Both the position numbers and the translations under genes were made by a program. The notes under the pieces were generated by a model. The model did no database searches and was not told the origin of the DNA. It saw only the letters and a program-made list of their open reading frames with translations. From the NCBI GenBank assembly GCA_028679985.1, contig JAJRAH010000107.1:1-36691 (forward strand): a stretch of 36,691 nt of DNA, read 5' to 3'. This document shows, piece after piece, positions 23,521 to 32,650 of this stretch. Within the stretch, counting starts at the first letter, position 1. Each line of letters starts with the position of its first letter. The DNA is from Methanomassiliicoccales archaeon (lineage in GTDB: Archaea; Thermoplasmatota; Thermoplasmata; Methanomassiliicoccales; JACIVX01).

Positions 23521-25626
23521 ATGAAAGCAATAGAGTATCTGCGCGAGCCCGGCGAGGTGGCGGGCGACGAGAAGGAATCAACCGAACTCTCACTATTCGT
23601 GAGAACGTCAGACGAAGAGATCAAGAAGTGGGATCGGAGCAAGATCTTCGACGCTCTGATGAGAGAGACCACGATAGGAGAGGATGCCGCTTCGATAGTG
23701 GCACGAGAGGTTGAGAAGCTCATTTCGGAGCTTGAGCTCGATGTCGTAACAGCCCCGCTCATCAGGGAACTCACGAACGCGAAGCTCGTCGAATACGGTC
23801 TTGCCAAGATCAGAAAGCAGCATACTCGCTTGGGCGTGCCTTTGTATGATGCCCGTCAGATCATCATGAATCCGAACAAGGAGAACGCCAACGTTCCACA
23901 CGGACCCGAGGCCACCAACCTGACGCTCTCGGAACGTATCAAGAAGGAGTTCGCCCTCCTGGAGGTGTTCTCGCAGGAGATGGCAGACTCTCACATGAAG
24001 GGCGACATTCACCTCCACGATCTCGGAATGGTCGACAGGCCATACTGCAGCGGACAGTCGATCGAATACGTTAAGAAATTCGGACTGAACCTCCCGAACG
24101 CGATTTCGATAGCAAAGCCTGCCAAGCACCCCGAAGTCCTTATCGAACAGATCATAAAGTTCTCGGCCGCTCTTCAGGGACATTTTGCTGGCGCGATAGG
24201 ATGGGATGCAGTAAACATCTTCCTTGCCCCCTATCTCACGAAGGTCGACGATGACCGAATGAAACAGCTTGCTCAGATCCTCGTATTCGAGTTCGCTCAG
24301 CAAGCCGTCGCCAGAGGCGGGCAGTCAATATTCAGCGACTTGAATCTGTACTGGGAGATCCCGAATCACTTTGCCGATGTGCCGGCTGTTGGGCCGAAGG
24401 GAGAGTTCACGGGACAGACCTACGAAGACTATATCGAGGAGAGCCAGAGATTTCTGAACGCTCTCTTCGACGTCTATCTCGAGGGCGACGCTCTAGGAAG
24501 GCCGTTCTTCTTCCCGAAGCCAAACGTCCACATGACCGAGAAGTTCTTTTCGACCAACGGTCACGAGGAGTTCCTCACGAAGATATCCCAGGTCGCATCG
24601 GAGAAGGGAAACACCTACTTCGTATTCGACCGCGGGAATACGGCCAAGATAAGCGAGTGCTGCAGGCTTACCTTCAAGCTGGACAAAAGCGATCTCGAGG
24701 ACGCAAAGACCCCCTGGAAAATGAGGTACTCTGCGATGCAGAACGTCACCATCAACCTTCCAAGGGTGGCGTACGAAGCCCACCAAGACGACAGCAAGAT
24801 GTTTGAGATCCTTCACGAGAGGATAGAGATGGTTGCGAAGGCGCACTTGGAGAAGCGTGAGTTCATATCGAAGTTGCTGGCCATGGGCAAGCATGGACCG
24901 CTCGCCCTGCTCACTATGAACCTCGACGGAGAGCCATACTACAGACTCAGCAAGGCATCGTTCCTGGTCGGCATGGTCGGCCTGAACGAAATGGTTCAAT
25001 ATCATACCGGACAGCAGATGCACGAATCCAAAGACGCCCTGAGATTCGGCTTGAAGGTCATGGCAACGATGAAGACGGAGGCGGAGCTGCTCGGGAACAA
25101 GTATGGCATCAAGATGCCTCTCGAGCAGACTCCGGCCGAGAGCACGGCCTACAGGTTTGCGAGACTCGACATGAAGTACTATCCACTGCAGGCCCCGACG
25201 GTCATCAGGGGGAACAAGAGCAGCGGTGAGGTGTACTACACGAACTCGACGTACCTGAATGTCGGAGCATCGATCAGCGCGATAGAGAGGGTGAAGATGG
25301 AAGGCTTATTCCACCCGCTAATTGAAGCAGGCTCTCTTACTCACGTCTGGTTGGGAGAGCACAAGCCGCCGGCGGAGAGCATTGCCGCGTTCGTCAAGAA
25401 GACTTTCAGCAACACGCAGAATGCTCAGATCGCATTCAGCCCCGAGTTCACCTCATGTCTGACATGCGGCAAGACCAGCAGAGGTCTGAGAGATACCTGT
25501 CCATACTGCTCCTCTCCCGACGTCGAAGGGATCACAAGGGTCACTGGCTTCTTCTCGAAGACCAGCAGCTGGAACAAGGGAAAGTTGGGAGAATTGAAGG
25601 ATCGTGTTAGGAACAACATTGTCTAG
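23521..25626 (+). CDS. nrdD: Anaerobic ribonucleoside-triphosphate reductase (class III RNR)
   Basis: 701 aa. N-terminal ATP-cone ('IKKWDRSKIFDALMRE...VAREVEKLI'), 'ISECCRLTF' active-site Cys pair, C-terminal Zn site 'CLTCG...CPYC', and glycyl-radical motif 'ITRVTGFFSKTSSWNKGKLGELKDR'. Confidence 0.93.
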   Translation: MKAIEYLREPGEVAGDEKESTELSLFVRTSDEEIKKWDRSKIFDALMRETTIGEDAASIVAREVEKLISELELDVVTAPLIRELTNAKLVEYGLAKIRKQHTRLGVPLYDARQIIMNPNKENANVPHGPEATNLTLSERIKKEFALLEVFSQEMADSHMKGDIHLHDLGMVDRPYCSGQSIEYVKKFGLNLPNAISIAKPAKHPEVLIEQIIKFSAALQGHFAGAIGWDAVNIFLAPYLTKVDDDRMKQLAQILVFEFAQQAVARGGQSIFSDLNLYWEIPNHFADVPAVGPKGEFTGQTYEDYIEESQRFLNALFDVYLEGDALGRPFFFPKPNVHMTEKFFSTNGHEEFLTKISQVASEKGNTYFVFDRGNTAKISECCRLTFKLDKSDLEDAKTPWKMRYSAMQNVTINLPRVAYEAHQDDSKMFEILHERIEMVAKAHLEKREFISKLLAMGKHGPLALLTMNLDGEPYYRLSKASFLVGMVGLNEMVQYHTGQQMHESKDALRFGLKVMATMKTEAELLGNKYGIKMPLEQTPAESTAYRFARLDMKYYPLQAPTVIRGNKSSGEVYYTNSTYLNVGASISAIERVKMEGLFHPLIEAGSLTHVWLGEHKPPAESIAAFVKKTFSNTQNAQIAFSPEFTSCLTCGKTSRGLRDTCPYCSSPDVEGITRVTGFFSKTSSWNKGKLGELKDRVRNNIV

Positions 25627-25824
25627 GGGCGGCGGGGCGTCCGTCGCTTTCGTCCGATTGGGCGAAGACACCGGAGGATCATCGCGCTTGGACGCTCTCC
25701 GCTGTAGTAGGCGGGATCGGACACTCCGATCTCGTCAGCGATCGGGATGCAGTAGAGAAGATTCAAATACAAGCTGGCGGTGTATGTCGAGAACGGAAGC
25801 GCGATTCCGGCGGAAGGGTGTCAG

Positions 25825-26067
25825 ATGACTAGGATTTCGTTCGGCGAGCATCTTGTCATTAATGTCAGCAGGAGGAGCCTCTGTGACAACTGCGTGGCGG
25901 ATGTATGCTTGATCGAGGGACCTGAGAGAGTACTCCAATGCAAGAGCTTCGAATCCTCCTTCGTCGCGCTCAGAAGATGCAGGTCCTGCGGGCAGCTGTT
26001 CGACGTATGCTCGAACGTCAATTCACTGGATTTCGAAGTGTGTCCCGCCTGCAACGAGGTCGTCTGA
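25825..26067 (+). CDS. Hypothetical Cys-rich (Zn-ribbon-like) small protein
   Basis: 80 aa from ATG 25825 (the track ORF starts at 25780). It has three CxxC-type pairs ('CDNC', 'CRSC', 'CPAC') plus extra Cys. The antisense ORF over it is Ser/Thr/Leu-rich shadow. No family recognised. Confidence 0.4.
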   Translation: MTRISFGEHLVINVSRRSLCDNCVADVCLIEGPERVLQCKSFESSFVALRRCRSCGQLFDVCSNVNSLDFEVCPACNEVV

Positions 26068-26094
26068 GCCTTGATCCTGCCCTTCAATTCGACT

Positions 26095-27702
26095 CTAGAA
26101 CAATCTCGGTCCGATGAGCTGCCAGATTATCAAGAACAGGACCGCCAATGCAAGGACATAGGTGATTGTGGAAACGTACTTGTCTCTGTCCTTCTCGGTT
26201 GCATCCTTCTTCACCTTCACCACCAGGGAATCGAGCCAGTCTTTGAATAGGTATCCGCCGTCGAGAGGAATGGCGGGCAGAACGTTCGTCATTCCGACCA
26301 TGATATTGATCCAGAAGATCCAATACAAGCAGTTGGAGATGACCCAGAACGCCTCGACCGGGATGCCGGCGAACAACCCGCTCGGCGCAAACAGATCGGT
26401 TATTGGCGATTGAATCGGGGCGAGCCCCGCAAACGGAAGTGCAAGATAGTACAATGTGGACGAGATCGCATCCCCGGCGCTCTCAACTCCGTACATCGGG
26501 TGGGCGAGCCTCCTGACCACAACCTCGGGGGAGTTGACCGACGCCCCAAGGTATGCGGTGTTCACTCCAAGATAACCGCTGTCCTTGAAATCTGGTCCGA
26601 CGAGATCGGGTGCGACCCTGAGGTAGTATTCCTTCTTGCTTGCAAGCGTTATCGTAGTAAGATCGCTGAAGACCTCGAACTTGCCCGAGCCTTCATAGTA
26701 GGTCAGAATGGTGATGTTGACCGTCTGATGAGGGTGCGTCAGCGACAGAGTCTCCTTGAGGTCCGATGCGTTTCGAATCGAAGTATCGTTCAAGGAAGCT
26801 ATTATCATCCCCACTTCGATCCCGGCATCCGCGGCAGGAAGGCCGGAGGCGGTCTGCGTCACAGCGACGCCGGAGGTGACCTCCTTCGAATAGAGCGTGT
26901 CTGAGAAGTAGTACTGGACCGTCACGTTCTCTCCGGGAAGAGGTGCCGTGAAATTATCAAACTCATCCTTGGTCAGCACACTCTGCCCATCTATGCTAAC
27001 AATCTGGGAGCCAAAGGACAAGTCCGCACGATCCGCCGGACCGTCCGTTGCAATGCTGATAACCACCTGTCCGTCCCTGACAGGTGCAACCGACGAAAGA
27101 AACACCGTGGAGAAAAGCAGCGCGCAGATGATAGCGACTATCACGTTGGCCGCCGGTCCAGCAGCGTAGACACTCGTCCTCTTCTTCTTCTCGGCCTTTG
27201 TCAGTTCCTTTTCGTCTGGCTCGACGAAAGCTCCTAGCGGAATTACGAGGAAGACGAGGCCGAGAGACTTCAACGGCATTCCGCCGACCCTCGTCAGAAT
27301 CCCGTGGGAGAACTCGTGCACTACTATCGCGACCACGAGCCCGAGGATGCCGTACCATATCGGGATCACTGGGTTAATGCCGGGAATACCGAGCATCAAC
27401 TCGGGCCCCGGTGCCTTCTCGGCGGGAATACTCGCGACGAGGGTCGCTTCCCAGATGAGCAAGGCCATTATGAAAATCATCACACCGATGCAGATGAACT
27501 TGGCCAGAGTCGAATAGGCGCTCCAGAACCTCTTCGGCTTGGACAACCGCTCGATGAGGTTCTTTCCCTTCTGGGTTCTCCACATCAGGATCGGGCCCCA
27601 CATGTGGATGCCGTGCTTCTCGAGGATACCTTTCTTCATGAGAATGTAGAAGATGACGATATATGCAGCTATGACCAAAGCCGCGATCACATACGCGTTC
27701 AT
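26095..27702 (-). CDS. Site-2 protease family (M50) membrane metalloprotease with PDZ domain
   Basis: 535 aa. It has an HExxH motif 'VVHEFSHGI' in a TM helix and a soluble PDZ-like insert ('GSQIVSIDGQSV', 'IEVGMIIASLND'). The C-terminal TM region carries the 'NVLPAIPLDGG' (NxxPxxxLDG) motif. Confidence 0.9.
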   Translation of the reverse strand: MNAYVIAALVIAAYIVIFYILMKKGILEKHGIHMWGPILMWRTQKGKNLIERLSKPKRFWSAYSTLAKFICIGVMIFIMALLIWEATLVASIPAEKAPGPELMLGIPGINPVIPIWYGILGLVVAIVVHEFSHGILTRVGGMPLKSLGLVFLVIPLGAFVEPDEKELTKAEKKKRTSVYAAGPAANVIVAIICALLFSTVFLSSVAPVRDGQVVISIATDGPADRADLSFGSQIVSIDGQSVLTKDEFDNFTAPLPGENVTVQYYFSDTLYSKEVTSGVAVTQTASGLPAADAGIEVGMIIASLNDTSIRNASDLKETLSLTHPHQTVNITILTYYEGSGKFEVFSDLTTITLASKKEYYLRVAPDLVGPDFKDSGYLGVNTAYLGASVNSPEVVVRRLAHPMYGVESAGDAISSTLYYLALPFAGLAPIQSPITDLFAPSGLFAGIPVEAFWVISNCLYWIFWINIMVGMTNVLPAIPLDGGYLFKDWLDSLVVKVKKDATEKDRDKYVSTITYVLALAVLFLIIWQLIGPRLF

Positions 27703-27778
27703 CGGGTTCCTCTGGGCAGATTAATGGAAAAGTACTATTAAAGCATTCATGACCGGATCGTGTCTGAGGTCCGGACCC

Positions 27779-28156
27779 TCATTCCCGGTTCCAAACCTCC
27801 TCGGATATCTCGTCGTAGATCGCCGAGCTGTCATCGGGGTGCTTCTGGGACTGCTCGCTCTGCCGGGCGAGTCGGAGGATCTGATCGTTCTTGAGAATCC
27901 AGTAGTGTATTCTCCATAGCTTGCCCTTCTTCAGGTGTACCTCTTCCTGAGTCGTGGTGAGCAAACCCTCCTCCTCGAGCATGTAGAAAACGTCCCTGTC
28001 CTCGGAAGTCAGCCTGTTGTCGATGACCTCGCTCGTGTAGCCGAAGAAGCTCATCAGATACTCCGCGAGCCTCTTGATGTCGCTCTCGGCCATTCCCTTC
28101 TTCCCCAAGGTGTTCCTCAGCGCATTCACGACGTCATCCATGCTGACAACGGTCAA
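27779..28156 (-). CDS. Conserved-looking hypothetical protein (125 aa)
   Basis: Clean ORF with normal composition. A TATA-like 'ATATTTATTT' lies about 30 nt upstream on the minus strand. No family recognised. Confidence 0.6.
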   Translation of the reverse strand: MTVVSMDDVVNALRNTLGKKGMAESDIKRLAEYLMSFFGYTSEVIDNRLTSEDRDVFYMLEEEGLLTTTQEEVHLKKGKLWRIHYWILKNDQILRLARQSEQSQKHPDDSSAIYDEISEEVWNRE

Positions 28157-28222
28157 CTGTTCCCCGACCCCGCATCATCGTTCAAGGTCAAATAAATATT
28201 GGGACTCCAAGCGTGGAACAGG

Positions 28223-28918
28223 TTATCCACGCTTCGGAACGATGAACCGGAACCGGGTTCTCTTCTTGATCGTCATCCATGCCCCTAGGACTCCCCAAAG
28301 AATCGCGACAGAGAAGGGCCCTGCAAGGAACACAAAATCCATCAAGCCACCTGCGCCAAGAATGAGAGAAGACCCTCCAGACGAGATGAAATTCGGAATG
28401 TTGGCCAAGTCTCCTCCAATGAGCATTCCCATGCTCGCCGACAGATAGGCCAAAGAGGCGACACTCATGGGCTCCTTCGTCTTTCCCAACAGATAGCCCA
28501 GGAGAGCGGAGATGGAAACGGGCAGGAGCCAAAGGAAGAGCGCGATGGAAATGCCGTTCATCGTCACGGATGCGAGAGGGAAAGTAATTGCGCTGACCGT
28601 GATTATTGAGAACAGGGCGGATCTTGCCTTCACTCTCCTCGAGAGCACGATATAGACGGAGACCACCAGCGGTATCAGGACTCCAGTCACGTTCATATCT
28701 ATCGGAATCGGGGAACTCACTATCCCTATGTTGATCATAGACAAGATGATTGCAAGGATCACGAGACCCAGCGCAAGAGTGATAGGTGTCTCAATCGCCT
28801 CAGTCTCCCAGAAATCAGAGACGCTGACTCTGAATATCCGATCCACGTAGAACAGCAGGGCGATGATCATCAGAGATACCGCAATGGACATCATCAGTAC
28901 GATGTCGTTGGCCATCAC
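28223..28918 (-). CDS. Integral membrane protein (about 7 TM), family not recognised
   Basis: 231 aa, hydrophobic throughout, with a basic C-terminal end 'KKRTRFRFIVPKRG'. Confidence 0.7.
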   Translation of the reverse strand: MMANDIVLMMSIAVSLMIIALLFYVDRIFRVSVSDFWETEAIETPITLALGLVILAIILSMINIGIVSSPIPIDMNVTGVLIPLVVSVYIVLSRRVKARSALFSIITVSAITFPLASVTMNGISIALFLWLLPVSISALLGYLLGKTKEPMSVASLAYLSASMGMLIGGDLANIPNFISSGGSSLILGAGGLMDFVFLAGPFSVAILWGVLGAWMTIKKRTRFRFIVPKRG

Positions 28919-28966
28919 TTTGCTTTACGAATGACCGCTATAAAATGGTTCCACTTCCCGATTCAC

Positions 28967-29287
28967 TCACAGCCACTTGGGGCGTCCCCAAACTCTTGCA
29001 TAGAGGAACATCTCGATGAGTGCCAGAACGAGAAACAGGAACACGGAGAAGCCGACCGAGTATTCTTCAGGACTTATCCTCGCAACTTCCAGACTCACGA
29101 GCAAGTCGACGAATATGCAACCCACTATGTACCAGTACCTGGCGTAGGTCTTCCTAAACCAAGCATGCCAGCTCTCGTATGCTTTTTCGGTAGTCTGCAG
29201 TTCGTGAGAGTCCTCAGAGGTATGCTCGACTGCCACGGACTCCTCTTCAACTTCAATCGACCGTTTCCTTGCCATGGTCCGATCCAT
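28967..29287 (-). CDS. Small membrane protein (acidic N-terminus + 2 TM helices)
   Basis: Start taken at ATG 29287, 2 nt after the upstream ABC ATPase stop. The track start at 29305 would overlap that gene by 16 nt. TM helices 'YWYIVGCIFVDLLVSLEVA' and 'FSVFLFLVLALIEMFLYA'. Confidence 0.5.
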   Translation of the reverse strand: MDRTMARKRSIEVEEESVAVEHTSEDSHELQTTEKAYESWHAWFRKTYARYWYIVGCIFVDLLVSLEVARISPEEYSVGFSVFLFLVLALIEMFLYARVWGRPKWL

Positions 29288-29289
29288 TG

Positions 29290-30378
29290 CTAACGGAAGT
29301 GACAAGCGACGAGATGCTCCCCGCCCTTGTCAACGAGCTGAGGCTCTTCCTTCTCACATATAGCTTCTCTGTAGCGGCATCTGGTGTGGAAACGGCATCC
29401 AGAGGGCGGGTTGACAGGGCTGGGGATGTCTCCTGACAGGACGATTCTGTCTCTCTTGAGATCGGGATCTGGAGTGGGTATCGCAGAGAGGAGCGCCTCG
29501 GTGTATGGATGAAGCGGTTTGAGGAAAAGATCTTCCTTCCGCGCCGTTTCGACGATCTTCCCAAGGTACATGACACTGACACGGTCGCACATGTACCGTA
29601 TCGTGCTAAGATCGTGAGAAATGAAGAGATAGGTCAGTCCGAGATCGCCTTGGAGATCATTCAACATGTTGAGGATCTGGGCCTGGACGGAGACGTCCAA
29701 GGCAGAAGTTGGCTCGTCGAGAACGATGAAGTCGGGATTGAGGGCAAGCGCTCGTGCCACGCCAATCCTCTGCCGCTGTCCTCCGCTGAACTCGTGCGGA
29801 TATCTATACAGATGTTCCGGGTTGAGACCCACCCTTTCAAGTAGCCCAATGACTCTTTCGCGCAGCTCCTCGCCCTTCGCTATGCCGTGAATCAGGAGAG
29901 GCTCTCCAACCACGTCCCTGATGAGCATCCTGGGGTTGAGTGATGAAAATGGATCCTGAAACACGATCTGCATCTCTTGACGGAGTCTCCTGAGTTCTTC
30001 ACTGTCTCGCATCTCCAAGGCATACTCAAGGTCTATCTTCTCGATCTCTGCCTCCAATTTCTCGACCTCGGCCTTATCGTCTCCCTTCTGTGCGGCGGCG
30101 AGAGAGCTTTGCAGCTGATCAAGCCTTTCTCTGACATCGATTGGCATCTTGTAGTAAACATGGCCGCCCGTCGGCTTCGTGAGCTGCAGCAGGCATCTTC
30201 CCGCAGTCGTCTTGCCACATCCGCTCTCTCCAACGAGGCCGAGCGTCTCGCCTCTCTTTATGCGGATGTCTATTCCATCCACAGCCCTGACGCTGCCCAC
30301 CTTCTTCTTCAGAAGACCTCCGGTAATGGGGAAGTGCTTCTCCATGCCCCTTGCCTCGACCAGCAATTCCTCCATCAA
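29290..30378 (-). CDS. Oligopeptide/dipeptide ABC transporter ATP-binding protein (OppF/DppF-type) with coiled-coil insertion
   Basis: Walker A 'GESGCGKTT', signature 'FSGGQRQR', Walker B 'FIVLDEPTSALD', and C-terminal oligopeptide-ABC domain with 'GCRFHTRC'. A charged insert of about 45 aa lies between 'HVYYKM' and 'MQIVFQDP'. ATGA overlap with the upstream gene. Confidence 0.9.
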   Translation of the reverse strand: MMEELLVEARGMEKHFPITGGLLKKKVGSVRAVDGIDIRIKRGETLGLVGESGCGKTTAGRCLLQLTKPTGGHVYYKMPIDVRERLDQLQSSLAAAQKGDDKAEVEKLEAEIEKIDLEYALEMRDSEELRRLRQEMQIVFQDPFSSLNPRMLIRDVVGEPLLIHGIAKGEELRERVIGLLERVGLNPEHLYRYPHEFSGGQRQRIGVARALALNPDFIVLDEPTSALDVSVQAQILNMLNDLQGDLGLTYLFISHDLSTIRYMCDRVSVMYLGKIVETARKEDLFLKPLHPYTEALLSAIPTPDPDLKRDRIVLSGDIPSPVNPPSGCRFHTRCRYREAICEKEEPQLVDKGGEHLVACHFR

Positions 30379-31670
30379 CTCGCCTCCGTGTAGAGATAGC
30401 AGGATGTGAAATGTCCCGGCTTCACCTCGATCATCGGAGGCTTCTTTTCCTTACACACAGTCATTGCATATGGGCATCTCGGATGGAATCTGCATCCTGG
30501 TGGAGGGTGGATGAGGTTAGGAACGCTTCCTGGAATCGTCTCAAGTCTCGAAGCCCCGGTGGCCAGAAGTCTCGGAAGTGAGTTCATCAATCCCTGCGTG
30601 TAGGGATGCAGGGGTTCTTTGAAAATCGAATGGACGGATCCGATCTCCGCCATAACGCCAGCATACATGACTCCGACCCTGTCGCATGTCTCGGCGATGA
30701 TTCCTAAGTTGTGGGTGATCAGAAGGACGGACGTCCCGGTCTCCTGCTGAAGGTCTTTCATTATCTTCAGGATCTGGGCCTGAATCGTAACGTCTAGAGC
30801 CGTTGTCGGTTCATCGGCTATGAGCAACTGCGGCTTGCAAGCGAGCGCCATCGCGATCATCACCCGCTGCTGCATACCTCCGCTCAGTTCGTAGGGGAAC
30901 GAACGCACGACGTTAGCCGGATCCGCTATCCTCACAAGTTCGAGCATGCTCTCAGCGCGTTTCATCGCCTCCTTCTTCATGAGTCTCTCGTACCTTCGGA
31001 GTAGCGGAATCCGCGACATGAGTCTCAAAGAAAGAGCGTCCGGCTCCTTCTGCATTCTAACGTAGAACCGTCTGAAGAATCGCATTGCCGCCTTTTCCAT
31101 CGATCCTTTGGAATCTGATGCTTTCAGTCTCTCATCGATGTTGTTTATGACCGTCTTCGCGAGGTCCTTGCGTTCGTGAAGGACCAATATCTCGGATATC
31201 TGATCGCCTGCCGTGAAAACTGGATTCAATGCACTCATCGGCTCCTGGAAGATCATCGAGATGTACTTGCCTCGGATCTTCCTCATGTACGAATCACTTC
31301 GTGACAAGAGATCGTACTCTCTGATGACTTTTGTGAGATCCGTTCTGACGTTCTTGTACTCCTCGCCATCTTTCTTGCCGTCGGATTCGAGGGACTTCAA
31401 CTTCTCTGAAAGTTCTCTCTTCTTGGTCATGATTTCCGAACTCATGCCGAAAAGAATCCTGCCGCGTTCGATCTTTCCAGGCGGGGAAGGAATCAGTCGC
31501 AGAATGCAGTTTGCCGTGACGCTCTTCCCGCAACCGGTCTCCCCCACGAGTCCAAATACCTCACCTTTGTCGATATGGAAGCTGATGCCGTCGAGGGCCT
31601 TGACAACTCCTTGATAAGTATAGAAGTTGGTATAGAGATTCTCAATCTCAAGCAGAACGTTGTCACTCAT
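30375..31670 (-). CDS. Oligopeptide/dipeptide ABC transporter ATP-binding protein (OppD/DppD-type) with two insertions
   Basis: Start taken at ATG 31670 (MSDNVLLEIENL...), just after the permease stop. Walker A 'GETGCGKSV', signature 'LSGGMQQR', Walker B 'LLIADEPTTALD' and 'GCRFHPRCPY'. There are extra charged segments before 'ISMIFQEP' and before the signature motif. Confidence 0.9.
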   Translation of the reverse strand: MSDNVLLEIENLYTNFYTYQGVVKALDGISFHIDKGEVFGLVGETGCGKSVTANCILRLIPSPPGKIERGRILFGMSSEIMTKKRELSEKLKSLESDGKKDGEEYKNVRTDLTKVIREYDLLSRSDSYMRKIRGKYISMIFQEPMSALNPVFTAGDQISEILVLHERKDLAKTVINNIDERLKASDSKGSMEKAAMRFFRRFYVRMQKEPDALSLRLMSRIPLLRRYERLMKKEAMKRAESMLELVRIADPANVVRSFPYELSGGMQQRVMIAMALACKPQLLIADEPTTALDVTIQAQILKIMKDLQQETGTSVLLITHNLGIIAETCDRVGVMYAGVMAEIGSVHSIFKEPLHPYTQGLMNSLPRLLATGASRLETIPGSVPNLIHPPPGCRFHPRCPYAMTVCKEKKPPMIEVKPGHFTSCYLYTEAS

Positions 31671-31674
31671 CTTG

Positions 31675-32646
31675 TCATCTCCTAAGGCGGGGATCGAGTA
31701 TGTCCCTGAGGCCATCACCAAGCAGGTTGAAGCCCATCACGAACAAGAATATCATTAGTCCCGGAAATGTCACAACCCACCAAGGACTGTACTGCTGGCC
31801 ATCGTAGGTCGTAGTGCTCAGGAACCATTCCTGCCCATCAGAAACCATCTTCCCCCACTCTGCGGTGCCCGCCGGAGCACCGAACCCGATGTAGCTTAGA
31901 CCGGCCGCAACCAGGACCACGACACCGAAATCCATCGTCATGTTAACAACGACAGGAGCTAGGGAATTCGGAACGATGTGTCTGAACAGTATCCTAGACT
32001 TCTTCGCCCCCATTGCACGGGCCGCCTCGACGTAGGTGCTTTCCCTCACAGACAAGACCTGCCCCCTGATCAGTCTCGCATACGGAGGCCACCAAACAAT
32101 CGTCAGGGCCAGCATGATGTTCTCTAGGCTTCTGGTAAGAACGGCGGCGACGGCCATCGCCAAGATAAGCGACGGTATTGAAAGGAAGACGTCAGTGATC
32201 CGCATGAGCGCTTCGTCGACCGCTCCACCGTAAAATCCCGAGACGGCCCCGAGAACGAGACCGATGATCGTGGCCGTGGCGACCACGAACAACGATATTT
32301 CCATGGACGTTCTGGCACCCCAAACTATCCCGTAGTATATGTCAGCACCCAACTGACCGGTGCCAAATAGGTGGTTTTCGACCCCGGGAGGCTTCGGCAA
32401 TTGGTAGTCCCTCGGTATCTGCATTGGATCAGCATTAGGCGCAGGAGGTGCAAGCAATGGAGCGAAGATCGCGATGAAAACCATTATTAACACAATTATC
32501 AAACCGACGAACGCCAACGCGCTCTTTCTCATCAGATACATTGAGAATCTGAATTCGCGCAGCCTCGGTCTGAGGGATTTCTTCACAAGATTGATTGAGT
32601 CACCAAGGAAGCCTGTCTTCTTTATTGTGCTCGGCTCAGTCGCCAT
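31675..32646 (-). CDS. ABC peptide transporter permease (OppC/DppC-type)
   Basis: Start taken at ATG 32646 (MATEPSTI...), 4 nt after the oppB-type stop. It has the BPD-transporter EAA-like loop 'YVEAARAMGAKKSRILFRHIVPN'. Confidence 0.9.
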   Translation of the reverse strand: MATEPSTIKKTGFLGDSINLVKKSLRPRLREFRFSMYLMRKSALAFVGLIIVLIMVFIAIFAPLLAPPAPNADPMQIPRDYQLPKPPGVENHLFGTGQLGADIYYGIVWGARTSMEISLFVVATATIIGLVLGAVSGFYGGAVDEALMRITDVFLSIPSLILAMAVAAVLTRSLENIMLALTIVWWPPYARLIRGQVLSVRESTYVEAARAMGAKKSRILFRHIVPNSLAPVVVNMTMDFGVVVLVAAGLSYIGFGAPAGTAEWGKMVSDGQEWFLSTTTYDGQQYSPWWVVTFPGLMIFLFVMGFNLLGDGLRDILDPRLRR

Positions 32647-32650
32647 TCGA

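Noticed and set aside
25627-25824. Searched the post-nrdD spacer for an unannotated nrdG or other gene, including a minus-strand frame reading ..LLYCIPIADEIGVSDPAYYSGERPS..
   Set aside because: The frame has no ATG/GTG start, only internal TTG codons. It ends in a poly-Arg/Pro tail, is under 50 codons, and contains no radical-SAM motif.
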